Position numbers and translations under genes: made by a program. From Balanoglossus misakiensis (taxonomy: Eukaryota > Animalia > Hemichordata): a stretch of 64,000 nucleotides of DNA. The notes under the pieces were generated by a model. It worked only from the letters and a program-made list of their open reading frames with translations, was not told where the DNA came from and did not search any database. Positions 12,201 through 50,794 of this stretch are shown here, piece by piece; position 1 is the stretch's first letter, and each line of letters opens with the position of its first letter. The stretch spans positions 11,931,863 to 11,995,862 of the forward strand of contig CM082585.2 of assembly GCA_040954595.2 (NCBI GenBank), given 5' to 3'.

Positions 12201-15200
12201 TGACTGAAATGAGAAAACAAACACAAACATTAGCTGGGAATATTGAAGAGAATACGGGCAGTTTCAGCTTCGAGATGATCGATGCTAAAGTTCGACCTAT
12301 GGCTCTCAATTTTCAACCGAAGATTTCGCCACCGTCACGTATGTGCCGGATGGATCGAAGCTTTGATACATATATTTCATTATCTGTCGCAAGAAATATC
12401 AAAATTACAAGGCAAACGGTGCGAAAAAGCAAAGTTTTCGCAACGAGATCAAAGAGAACAGCTGATGATTTCGTGTTTCATCACTTGGCGCGCCTGAGGC
12501 TTATGGGATGCGGACGCGCGCGCGTTGTTTGCGGAAGTTGCAAGAGCGCTCAAACTGACGCGCCTGTCACCATGGTCACAGTGCCACCTAGAGTTCGTTT
12601 CGTTTTGAAATCAGCCTTCTTCATCTTATACCGTGTGTCAAACGATTGCGTGTTGTCTTTATACTATAAGCTACAAGTAGAGCAAATGTTTCCATCAGTT
12701 CATCACCACTGATGAGAGCTGAGAGGTGGAGGAGAGAGAGTTATCAGAAAGACACTGAGACAGACAGAGAGGGACAGAAGTGAGATGGTCAGAGAGAGGG
12801 GGGGGGGAGAACGAGAGGGAGAAAGAGAGAGAGAGAGAGGGGGGGAAGATAGGGGGAGTGAGAGAAAGAAAGAAAGAAAGAGAAAGTATGTAGAGTTTAT
12901 GCAGTTCGGTTTTCAAGTTGTGCTTTTTGGCTTAGCTTTATTGCTATCTCATCATCTATCTCAGCTTGGACTACAGTTTTATCAATGCCATAATATAGGC
13001 CCCTATTTTTACTCTGCGCCAGCAGAACAATACGCGGTTGTCATGGCGACTACAGTAAACATTTCGTGCGAATTTACGCCCACCGTGACTGGCACGATAA
13101 CAGCTGAGGGTAAAGCACAATAGTCAACACAAATGAAACCGTGGGAAGTAGCCTAATAGTGTTTGTCAAAAGGCTTCAGAAATAAAACCCAGTCAATATA
13201 AACCACTCTTTCTACTTTAGGCCCCAGTCGGCCTACATCAACTGGTTCTTCTGTCATAGAACATGTCGATGAACGGAGCTATGCTCTCTGGAAACTCTTT
13301 TGTCAAAAAGTCAACCAGATCACGTGAAAGACAGTCAGACAGATACACGTAAACCATGGATTTTAATTCCAAGATTTGACGTCATGCATGAAGGTATACC
13401 CGCATGTTTCAACAGAAGTACGAAAGCATAATGCCCAGTTTGTAATCTGAAAGTGCGTACACACTGCAAGCTAATGGGCCTAAATATAAGTATATAGGTA
13501 GCACAACTTTGAAGGAAAAGTCAGAGATTTAATTAGGTTAAAGGGTATCGTCCTTTTTGTATTCAATCTCATATAAAGTAAGGCCTATTTAAAATATTAA
13601 AAATCACAACCAATCCTTTCAAAGAAATGATGCCGCCCTAATTCCCGATGTTTAATAACTTCATGCTTCACCAGTTATCAAGAGTATGCCTGCCCTGCTT
13701 TTCCCCTTCCACTTTACGAGATGAGATATTCCATTAAATCTAGGAAAAACCTCCCTGTGGTTAAATTCCGTTCGGAAATAATTGTTCGGAGGCTAGGCTA
13801 TGCATGATGAAATATTTAAAATCTCTGTGAGTTAATTTACTAAAATCTCGTAAGAGATTTCTTTGTAGTATCTTGACTATTGAATGAAAAGGTTTCGTTT
13901 GGTCGTGTTTATTTCTCGTTGCTTGGCAACAGTCCTGAGCAAGCATTTGCTCACAAGAGAGAGCAATCATTGTCAGCTTAATAATTCAGAACGAGGCTTT
14001 GTAGAAGATGGTACCTGTGTCTGGGGGATTGGATAGTGATTGTATTTGCGAATGCTGAGGTTTTAATAACTGACGACATATCGATATTCATGGTGCGACG
14101 TCTGGATTTGGTTCGGTTTAAAATCGGCAGTGTCATTATAGACGCACAGACGCTGTATTCTGTGTGTTTTGCAAAAGAGTGTTTATTTCTGTCGTAAATC
14201 AGTGTATTGCAATCATATAGAAACCACTGTATATCCCAGCATATGCCATAGATGAGATTATATAAAACTCAACATGTATCTTTCTGTGAGGATGACCCTC
14301 CTTTTCAGAGCGCATCGCTATTCTCTCTTTCTCGTACCGTTACCATGTCAACCACGAAACCATTATGCTAACAGCACGGCGCTCTTTCTATAAGAGATCA
14401 TTAGCCCAGCTCTGTGCCATTTCATCGTTTTTATCTGACAGCAAAACCACTCAAGCATCCAAATCTCAACGGGTGTATAAAACAGCATCATGACAAGAGG
14501 CACAGAATGAATCGTCGTTTTTTAACGAAATCGAAAATGGGTGAGCTTATCCAAGAGGTTGGCACAGAGCGAATATGATCTATTAAACACGGGCAGTCTA
14601 GCAAAAGATGAAATCATCTAAGCGTTCGAAATCTGCACTTTCATGGATGCGAGACAGTCGTGATTTGTTAAAAGCGAAAGCTTTCTGTAACGATTTAATT
14701 TATCGCCATTTGTATGTGATTAGAGGGATAATGGTCATTGTTTGCTTAATAATCGAGGAGAATATACTGACTCGTGTAACAAAGGTGTCGGAAATTGATA
14801 TTAGTTATTGGTTTTGTAATATGACAAATATTGACTGTTATATAACAAATTCAAGTAGTATGTTTAAACAGTAATATTGGCAAAACTGTCAGCGATCTGG
14901 CAAGTGGTTTTACTATTCATTAAAATGTTAAAACATAGTTTGTATTTATAGAAGGCTGTCACGTGTACTTAGATATACTGGAATTTGACTACAAAAATGA
15001 CAAGTCGGTGATGTTGGCAGTAGGCTTAGTTTCGTCTTAGCATGCTCAATAGCAGAAAGAGTAAAGCGAAACAAGTTTAGCTAAAGACACGCTTTGCAGA
15101 ATAGAGTGAAACGTTTCGTGTATGAGGTTTTTTTACTGCAGAAAAACACCTTTCCGCTTGTAACCTCCACACATATAAGACACCCTTAAATTGCATTTGG

Positions 15201-16676
15201 ACAATAAATCACCAGCTAAAATTCTAATGTATCTATCAGACATATCTCAAAAGACGATACCACGATAAAAAAAGTCCTAGGTGACAGTCATGCTACAGTG
15301 AAAAGGAGATATTAAGTCATTCTAACGTCATCGATAGTCTGTAGATGAACAAAACCAGTCGACTGTAAAACCACTATCATTGCACCATCGGAATTTCTTT
15401 TGCCAGAGACTTTTTTCTCTGATAAGTTGTCTGGATCACAATGGCCAGCAGAATAACGATGCATCACCGTATGACCTTTGACAAAGACCAATAATTCGTT
15501 GTAAAACACAAACATATCACGAGTCCTATTGAGAGTTTGACACGAGGCAATTTCATTTATTTATCCTTTGCAAATAAACCTGTCATAATATGGGGACACC
15601 TGTCAAAATGAAAAATGTCCTTAAAAGTGCGCGGGTAACGCACAAACCACACATACAACACAGACAATGCGGCTTTAAATCTGACTTCTTGTTATTTTAA
15701 GTTGCCACCATCGATCGAATAATTATACGCTACAGGTTATCGTTTCTGAATGAAACCACTGTCTACTGACTACCCTCGTGTATGCATCACTTTACTGATC
15801 TCATAGATACAGCCAGTGATCCAACACTCCATGCATATGGTGGATCTACGAGTCCTCGTGGATTCGAGAGAGGAAAATCTACCTCTATTTCTCTTGATGC
15901 CCTAGAGACATCTCCATGTGTAGAGAATCGGCGAGATCTAGTAGTGATTTTGTTTACTTATGTCTTGTGTTGTTTATTACTGTAATAAAAATTCAAATAG
16001 GTGCAAGGTTCATTTCTCTACCATTGATCTTGCGAGGAAACACGCACTCGTGATTTGAAATGACAACATGGCTGGGAAATCACCAGTGACCTAAATTTCG
16101 TTTCGACGAACCGATAATAGGCCGCCATAGTGGTAATCTTAAAGAAAGTGTTACAGCATAGACAGTCTATGGTTACAGACAGAAAGCGCAGAGCTTAAAT
16201 CTCGTGCTAACAGTGTCAAGGTGACGTGGATTGCTGACTTTGTGTGGTTTATGTAGTCAAGCATATTGTTTGAAGAACAAACCAAACGCGAGATTATGTC
16301 CTTTTGTAAGTCGTGAAAGTAAACTACGTCATGGGAACAACATGTCGGCATTTTGCAGAGCTGTCATTGACCCATTTCGTGGTGAATACAAAACAATCAA
16401 TAACTTGCAATTGCTCTATTATAGAAACGCGACCTTCCTATATGGAAGATTTCGTTGCTGCTACAATTCACAAGGTTTACATGTAAAATCATTGCGTTGG
16501 ATCGAAGACACAACGCATAGCGACAAATTAACTGTGATCATTGCAGACAAAACGAAAGGGGAGGGGATTCTTTACCGCACCATAGAAACCTACCTGGACA
16601 GTTGGCTGAACACATAGCCAAAGACCTCCTCCGAATAAAGACAGATAATATCCCCGACAGTTAGGGCTTCAGTCAT
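230..16676 (-). CDS. Inositol 1,4,5-trisphosphate receptor-like (IP3R/RyR superfamily) Ca2+-release channel, N-terminal ~1115 aa; gene continues beyond the left edge
   Basis: Exons 5'->3', all GT-AG and phase-consistent: 16594-16676, 12133-12203, 11409-11484, 10312-10360, 10117-10203, 9792-9869, 9503-9583, 9249-9352, 8902-8989, 8641-8728, 7631-7738, 7359-7450, 6476-6617, 6233-6274, 5945-6051, 5681-5755, 5213-5403, 4820-4946, 4418-4540, 4124-4193, 3856-3902, 3072-3248, 2804-2936, 2551-2651, 2205-2327, 1871-2106, 1618-1738, 1409-1476, 1119-1206, 829-936, 535-671, 230-353 (3345 nt). The translation is colinear with ITPR1: MTEALTVGDIICLYSEE (cf. LHIGDICSLYAE), VKYGQVVQLKH (cf. IQYGNVIQLLH), VFRLFHKE (cf. 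VVRLFHAE), DRQKLLRN (cf. ERQKLMRE), DSRKNELYIA (cf. DYRKNQEYIA), YLDLLSVMCV, LPDQLRAKYC, LVKFGYY. This covers the suppressor, MIR and RIH/ARM regions. It is too divergent to call an ITPR1 orthologue. Confidence 0.93.
706..745. repeat. Partial second copy of the 4309-4401 element
   Basis: Aligns to about 4363-4401 (caatgg..ttggaccaaacca.ggtgg..aaatgg.t.aa). Confidence 0.55.
3652..3672 (-). CDS. Candidate 21-nt microexon of the IP3R-like gene (RKNRQNK)
   Basis: Minus strand: ttttttttgcaccattgcaacttcag|AGGAAAAACAGGCAGAATAAA|gtaggc. Frame-preserving in a phase-0 intron. Confidence 0.5.
4309..4401. mobile_element. Short non-autonomous DNA-transposon-like (MITE) insertion, piggyBac-type ends
   Basis: Starts TTAACCCTTTCGCC and ends GGCAAATGGGTAAA (imperfect TIRs, TTAA-like flanks). 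Its 3' half recurs at 706-745 (caatggatttggaccaaaccagggtggtcaaatggtttaa). Confidence 0.55.
8511..8579 (+). repeat. Interspersed repeat, related copy at 11606-11675
   Basis: Shared blocks cccatataaa and gtctcgtggagttc with similar spacing. Confidence 0.55.
11112..11123 (-). CDS. Candidate 12-nt microexon of the IP3R-like gene (adds 4 residues, reading E-E-A-D-S across the junctions)
   Basis: Minus strand: ttctgttgctgcgtttctttctgtcatttctgtcattcacag|GGAAGCTGACAG|gtaaac. Frame-preserving in a phase-2 intron, with no stop codon. Confidence 0.65.
11606..11675 (+). repeat. Interspersed repeat, related copy at 8511-8579
   Basis: atgtcctcccatataaactgcc...gtctcgtggagttccgaaaattgtct versus atgtcccccatataaaatgcc...gtctcgtggagttcggataatggtct. 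Confidence 0.6.
12715..12886 (+). repeat. GA-rich purine low-complexity tract
   Basis: Runs of gagaga, ggggg and gaaa in intron 1 of the IP3R-like gene. Confidence 0.85.
16594..16676 (-). CDS. First coding exon of the IP3R-like gene (MTEALTVGDIICLYSEEVFGYVFSQLS)
   Basis: ATG in gaaaATG context; matches the IP3R N-terminal beta-trefoil start; donor AG|gtagg; phase 2 matches exon 12133-12203. Not present in the ORF track. Confidence 0.88.
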
Positions 16677-16961
16677 TTTCACGACTTTCCGAAGTCAACC
16701 TGGACTTCCCCGGTCGCGTCTTAAGTAGCTATCACCCCCTCTTGTGGTTCTTAATATCGTGAATCGTCGCCGATGAAAAAAAGTTTTAAATCCGTGCCTG
16801 CCTATATATCAGGTGAGTCAGGTGGTCATAGTTGACGACGCCATCACCAAGGGAATGACCAGCATAGGCAACCAACGAACAAATACAGCGGCTTCTGTCA
16901 TGCTAATAAGAGGGAAATTTCTATAGACCAGGTCGAGTGTTGGCGTGATCCTCAGACTTAC

Positions 16962-17051
16962 CTGAACTGTCACTGATAAAGGAACATACCATTCTTTCCA
17001 GGGGTTGGCAGGACGGTCCCGTGAAAGTGAGGGCGATCGTTAGTACTCGGA
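16962..17051 (-). other. Probable 5'UTR exon of the IP3R-like gene
   Basis: Strong donor cag|gtaagt at 16961, about 290 bp upstream of the ATG, with a possible acceptor catttacag at 17052. Confidence 0.4.
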
Positions 17052-18066
17052 CTGTAAATGTTCTGTTTGCTGTGAAAATCTTTAACACAGAGAACAAAAA
17101 GTTCTTATGAAAGTTGAAAAAGCACTTAGTGTTTCGTTTGATCGAAAAATATATCAAGCGCATTCTTCAGGTGCTCTAGTTCAATAAGTTGGTCCAGAAC
17201 ATAAAGTCAATAAAATGAAGAACAACAAGAAAAACATAAATGTGGAATAGAATATATCAGAGCCACAAACTTTTCTTTAAAAATCTATTTTAATCATCAA
17301 TTTCATGCTGGATTTTTTTCATTTAAATCAGATTTACAAATGTGACCACAGATGAAAAAAAAAAGAATTGCTGACTCGGACAAATATACAAAATAAAAAC
17401 GTCGAAGTTGCTCAAAGTAGGGCCGATAACTTTGAGTCAATGTTGAACTATAACGGCATAAGTCATAGTATAGTACTTGCTGACCGTACATTTTTAGCGT
17501 TAACATTTCGGTTGAAGATAAAGATTTATCTATTCTTATACATTTGTACAAGAACTGATCAAACGGTCTGTTCTCTTTTCATAAATGAAAAGTCGACCTT
17601 TAAAAAAAATTATACATCAAGGTAATTTTAAAGACCGAAATGCATTCTATACTAGTACTTGGCAGCATTGTCTCTGGTAAATTTGGGTATGTGAGTCGTT
17701 CAATTGTAAGATAGGACACACTTAGGATAGTATCATTTGACAGAATTCGTATTTCCACATTAAATTTGTAAATATCTTCATGGACATACAATCAGGTACA
17801 GAGTCACAGTGATTCGGCCGCTACATATTCACATGGAGCAACGCCACTTTGTTCTGGCAAGGGTCTTTCCATAAATTTTACATTACATTAACCCACGAAA
17901 ATTCCACGTACATGAAAAATTACATACGTAATTACACTCTCTAACCAAAGGTGGTACAAATTTCACCAAGGACAATTTTTGGACAATTATTGTTCTTAAA
18001 AAAGGAATGTTTAAAAATGCACATACTTGTAACCAACCACAGAAATCTATGCACAGCGTAGAAGGG

Positions 18067-18081
18067 CGGAAATGACGTCAC
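18067..18081 (+). promoter_or_regulatory. ETS-CRE composite motif CGGAAATGACGTCAC upstream of the IP3R-like gene
   Basis: Full CRE overlapping an ETS core; an identical 15-mer occurs inverted at 30399-30413. Confidence 0.35.
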
Positions 18082-19776
18082 TTGTTAATACCAAACACCA
18101 ACAGAGGGTAAGAATATGATATGGTTACTATACACAGTGCCACTTTTCCTGTATGCAATCTTAAATATCACTTTCAAACCATTTTCTGATAAATTAGTAC
18201 TGAATTGCTTTTAACAGTTAAAAATAATGTCAACCATTCTATCGTAAATAACTCTGATCTATCACATATCGTTCTCTTCCTATTTTTGAAATATTTCACT
18301 ACTCTTACCGAGTTCCTGTGTACGTTCACATCTTTTCGTTTTGCCTCAGAGAAATCTGTTCTCCACTGCGCCAAAATAATCAGCATAGTCGAATCTGTTA
18401 AATTCAACCCATTTTGTCTCTGTTGTACAGTGGACCACTTTGTAATTAGTAAATTGAATGATTGGTTTCTTGGGGGAGCTAGACTTCTGACAGCTAGGAA
18501 GATGAGGACAACATAGCTGTAGCCCGCAATAACGGTGACGTCTAAGATATCTAGCTAACTATTTAGACGGAATAGTTGTAACACAATAATCTTGGAAGTA
18601 ATTTGACTGCGTTTTCCGTTAATTTAGAACTCCCCTGCGCTAAATGGGCGATAACTTGCATACAAGAACGAGAGTTTCTTGTGGCTTTACATCATGGCAG
18701 TACAGTTTGCTACACCGAATATATTGGATTATAACTTCGACACATAGGATACGGTTTTGATGATTAGAATACATGTACTCATTCAGATAGATTGTCATTT
18801 AGTACACTGTCAATAAATATAGAGTTATTGGATTGGATGGCGGTGGGATAACATACTTCGTATCTGATGACAAGGAACAATTTCTAGCAAACGTTAATGG
18901 TTTGATATTTTTTTACTAAACAACTGTATGACCTGTGCACTTTTGCCTGAAAAATTGCGATCCTGTTATTATCCAAAAGGGTGTCTATTTTCACTGACTC
19001 GCTAGCAACTCTGTTCTGTTAGTAAGACTCGGGCGTAGCCAGAAATGCTGTTTTGGTACACATTAAGTTGTTGATCCAATCCAAATGGACCCCTGAAAAT
19101 ATTTTCCTTTGAACAGGAAAATTCCCAGGTTATGTAAAAATACGTATTGCACGAACAAGCAGAGGATAATTATTCAAAACAGTTCCGTCTTGAAGGAAAA
19201 GATGACAAAATCACTTTTGTTCAAATACCACTAAAACTGTTTAACTACTGCAGGATAACCATAAATACCGAGCGACGATGAAATGACCAAAATAATCTCG
19301 CCATTAAATTGAAAGTAAGCAGCGAAATTGCATAGAAAATATATTTCGCATCCGATCACATAAAATAACTTTGATGATATACACTATACAACACAATTTG
19401 CTTTACATGTATAATAAAATACGTACTGATGCCAGCATACCTGAAGTCAATCTTAAAAGCTTAAAAACTTTATATAAATTAATAATCTTTACTCAAATTA
19501 AAATTTCGCTTTGTAAAAGAAATGATTTGATTGATCTTTACAGTCATGACAATATCCGACGACGAACTTTGTAAAAACAGAAGTCGTGGTAAATTTGAAC
19601 GTAAGCGGCGCACCATTTGTCGCTCTCCGGATTTCAGTTTTAATCACTGCCTGGGTTACGAAAACTTCTCCGAAACTTTCTGTATTTTCTGAGTGATAAG
19701 TTCATAGGCAGCTACATGTCCGACACGCAAGATGAAAGCTGCAACTTTAAAAGTCCAATCATCAACAAACTTCTTA

Positions 19777-46937
<27,161 letters not shown>

Positions 46938-48530
46938 TTTCACACGCAAAATCGTGCACAAATGTCTGATCGCGTTCAGTCCTGATGGACTGTGGGTTAA
47001 ACAGGATACCCGTTGCGCCGGTGAGCCATGATTCAGACGACAGAGAAACTATGCAGACAGCGGCGACAGTTGTGAGGGAGAAAGTTGACTCAGAAAATCC
47101 ACAATACAGCGGATATCTTCAGGTGCGAAAACATACACGCATCGACTGTAAAACCCCAACGCTCGAAATATTTAGCAATGTGCGAAACCCCGCAAAATCA
47201 GGGACACTGTCGTTTCCATCAACCCGTGTCGCTGTCACTAAGGGGGTCAGAATTTTAAAGGAAGTCCGGTTCCTGATATATCCCACGTTCATGGCATTAA
47301 GCATCAGCTACGCATTTTGTATATGGTCAGCGGCGTCTAGTTGATAGCACGCAGAACGTGGATAGCAATAGATCAATCCTCAATTATCCATGCAGACCCT
47401 TTAGGTGGGTGAGGAAAATAACCTTATTTGCATACGCACTCCAGAGCGTCGCCTGGGAAAGTATTTTTTTTTCGTGAAAAGGGAAAATTAAGTAGATGTT
47501 ATGGTGTGTGTTTTTCACCACTGGGATAGAGAAACTCTGTAGAAATCAAATAAAACAGAATACCCCAATCCGTCGGAACACTGGACAGTTGTGAGCGGAA
47601 AAAGTACAGTTTTGAATCGTACTCGCAAAGCCACCGTGGCGGTAGGTGCGTGTACGCATGGCAAAGTATGAACAAAAAGACGCGACGGTCGTGGGTGAAG
47701 TTTTATTGTATTGATTTGAAAGAACTTCCGTAACGGTAGGACACTGAACCGTGTGACTGCACCAAGTTTACAGCAAAGAGGCCCGGCCAAGAGAAGTGTT
47801 GTAGACAATGAGTTGTCCTCAGAATTCCAAACATGAAGCTGACCGTGACATGAGAGTCATCAAGGTGTTTACCTTAAAGAAATCTTTAAAAATCATTATT
47901 CCAGGTGTCAAATTAGGCCATGGAATTAATTGAAAATCTTGTCAAGGCCATTGCCAATTGTATGGTCCTGGCTTTGACCATTTCAATGGTGGTTTATTAT
48001 TCTCAAAGGGAAACCCTCCAACGTGGTCAGAAATACTTTGGGAGAGTTTTATATTATTGACAGGTGAACAACTAGCTATCGTGCACAATAATGATTTGAG
48101 AACAAAAAAAAGTACGATGGTCATTTTGGACGGGCATAGGTTGTATCCCGGGAGAGCATAACTGTGTCAATGCATATAAACAACGAAAGTCAAGATTTGG
48201 TGTGCGTTTGGGGGCGCTCTTTATAAATGTTTGTAATAAATTCATCTTAAAGTAAACAACTTTATTATCCTTGGATTTAAATACACGTTTTTGGAATGGC
48301 ACGAAATGTCATGGAGATTCAGGAGTGTCATTTAAAATGTTAAAACGTTTAGCCATGGCAAGAAAATAGAGTTCACAAAAATATCTGTTCACTCAAGGCT
48401 TTCTTGATTTGCATAGTACATTGGTACATCATTGTTCTGAACATGATTGCTCACGAAACATTTAATGATTTCTTGGAATTTTCCGTGGGTCTTACTAGCA
48501 CCTTGTAAGCTTTACTACAGACATAAAAGA

Positions 48531-50794
48531 TTAGTACTGATACATGACGTGTTCAAAGCCTTTCATTTTCTCTTTGTACACTTTATCGAACGCGTCATTC
48601 TGCGCGACGGTGAACCGGGTCTTCCAACCGCCAACTTGACCTGTTAAATCAAGCAGAGATGATGTTGAGATTAATGGTAGACATAGATTAAAACTTAAAG
48701 ATGTATCCAAATTTGTCTGATTATTTATCCTTGACAAAAATTATTTATTCAATATTTGTTTGTGCTTTGTTTGTTGAATTTTAAAACTTAACTTGTATTA
48801 TTGGTTAGCAACTCTTTGCTACGTAATTAACCAAGTCTCGCGAGATCTCGCAATGAGCGAGAAATGGTCGATTCAGCAAGAGATATTCACAATCACTCTG
48901 ATACCTTTTCTCTGCCACTGTGTCCTCTCTTTGGTCTCTTCCTCCTCCGCCTTTTCGCTTTCTTCTTTCTTCTCTTCTTCGGCTTTTCCTTCTCCTTTGT
49001 TTTGCGAGAAAAAGAACTCGGTATTCATGGCTCTTTCGTTTCTTTCCTTCATTACCTGGAAACTTGTTGCATGAGTGACAGCATCTGCCTTTTCCTCCGT
49101 CAGAGGGCGCCCAATAAAGTCGGCCATTTTCTTGATTGACTCTTTGGGATTCTGAAGAATATGAGTAACAAATAAATACATATTGGCCACTTTCGATCTA
49201 AGAAAGACCTTCTGGGCAAATTATATATATAAATAATTTAAATATCTTGTGTAAACAGAAGCAGTTTCATGATATCATCGCATTTTCCCATCATTTACAC
49301 GCACAAACATAAAATATAGTAGTATATATTATTAACACCTTACCGCTTTTATATCTTCGAATTTCAGCCACAGCACCCAAGACTCGTTCATGTACTTCGA
49401 CCATGCTTTGAAGTAATCCCAAACAGGACCATACTCGGCTGAAGAAGAAAAAACCAAATGACAGTAAGTGGTTCTGATTTCTCTATGTAGATAAATGAAA
49501 TAACCTAGGAATGCTGTTCCTGAAGAGAGTATTGTTGTAAACTTACTGAGGCCTTTGCAGTACTCTTCAATGACCACTTCCCAAGTGCAGGGACCCATGA
49601 AGTGAGTGCTGTTATGCCAAGCATGGAGAGAAACTATCACATCTTTCGGATCTCTGCCTACAAAAACAGTCTGGAAGAAAATGACATGCGAGCAATATTA
49701 TTAGGCCTGAAATGGGAAAGGGTTCTGGATTCCTCCCTAGACGTGGAACAGATTTTACTTCAAGCTAGGGGCCAAATCACGATATGACAATTGTACTATG
49801 AGTACTTTTCTGCGACCAACCGTAGAAAAACTTTCAGGAGATCATAGTGAACTTCTAGTAATGACTGAGCAGACTCACTTTTGGTTTTTTCTCGAAATAC
49901 TGAGTTGGCATATATTCTGGCATCATGTGTGTCGATATAACCCGGGGTGAGGGCGCGTCATTGATGAAGTCATCAATGAACGATTTCGGACACTGCACGC
50001 CCTCAGCGACCAGGTCAGGGTGTTCGGCGGGACCAAATTCCAGTGTGGCCAATTTCTTGTAGAACTCAACAGTCTCCAGGTATTCCAGGTCGTCGGCGTG
50101 GATGATGGCCTTCAACATTTCGTTTGTCCAAGCCGTACCTGTTCAGGTCAAAGAGGTTGTTCGATCAGATATGAGGATGCAACGTGTAGCGGAGTAAGCC
50201 GGGCACTCTACAGTGCTGGACTTATATATAACACTTGAAAGGTGTACAAAAGTCTGCCTTCATACTACATGTACATGTATGTAGTTAAAATTGCAATGTA
50301 GAAGCACCAGTTGAGTTCAATATACTTTGCCAACTCATACAACCGAGTCATGTGTTAAACCGTGAGTAAATTTCTCATGGTTCCTGGCGTCTCATGGTTC
50401 CTGTTCAATTTTGTCCCAGTCAAACCAGGGCGACACTTTGTGGACGAACAGAAGTTTTAGTTTCCGTTGCCCTAGTTCTGTACCCAAATTTGAGGCGTGG
50501 GGTTAAACTAGATTCTGCAGTCTTGGTGTCACCGAAACCGGATCAGCTGATACGGTTCTGACAAGCATCGCATGCGGCTTGAGTTTAACAAGCTTCCAAG
50601 TCAACTGTTTCTCTCTCCAGAAACTAAATGAAAGATCCCTTACCTGACTTAGGGTACGTGATGAGAAAGATGTCATCATCCCTGATTTCAAAGTTCTTGA
50701 ATTGAGTGTCTATGGTGTTCTGGTTCATGATAGCTGGAAGCATGTAGCCTGGTTTGTAGTAGTACGCCTTCTTCCATGGTACTTTCACGTCCAT
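48531..50794 (-). CDS. Cytosolic sulfotransferase (Sulfotransfer_1, SULT1/ST-like), 328 aa, complete
   Basis: Exons 50644-50794, 49879-50138, 49547-49670, 49344-49438, 48905-49151, 48531-48640 (987 nt). Motifs: IRDDDIFLITYPKSGTAW (5'-PSB), SPRVISTH (catalytic His), RDPKDVIVS (3'-PB), YGPVWDY, LKFEDIK, RKGQVGGWK (GxxGxxK), KTRFTVAQND (KTVE-like dimer motif). Confidence 0.95.

Noticed and set aside
12200-13123. 170-aa and 112-aa plus-strand ORFs in IP3R-like intron 1
   Set aside because: No recognisable domain; non-ATG start or low-complexity GA-derived sequence.
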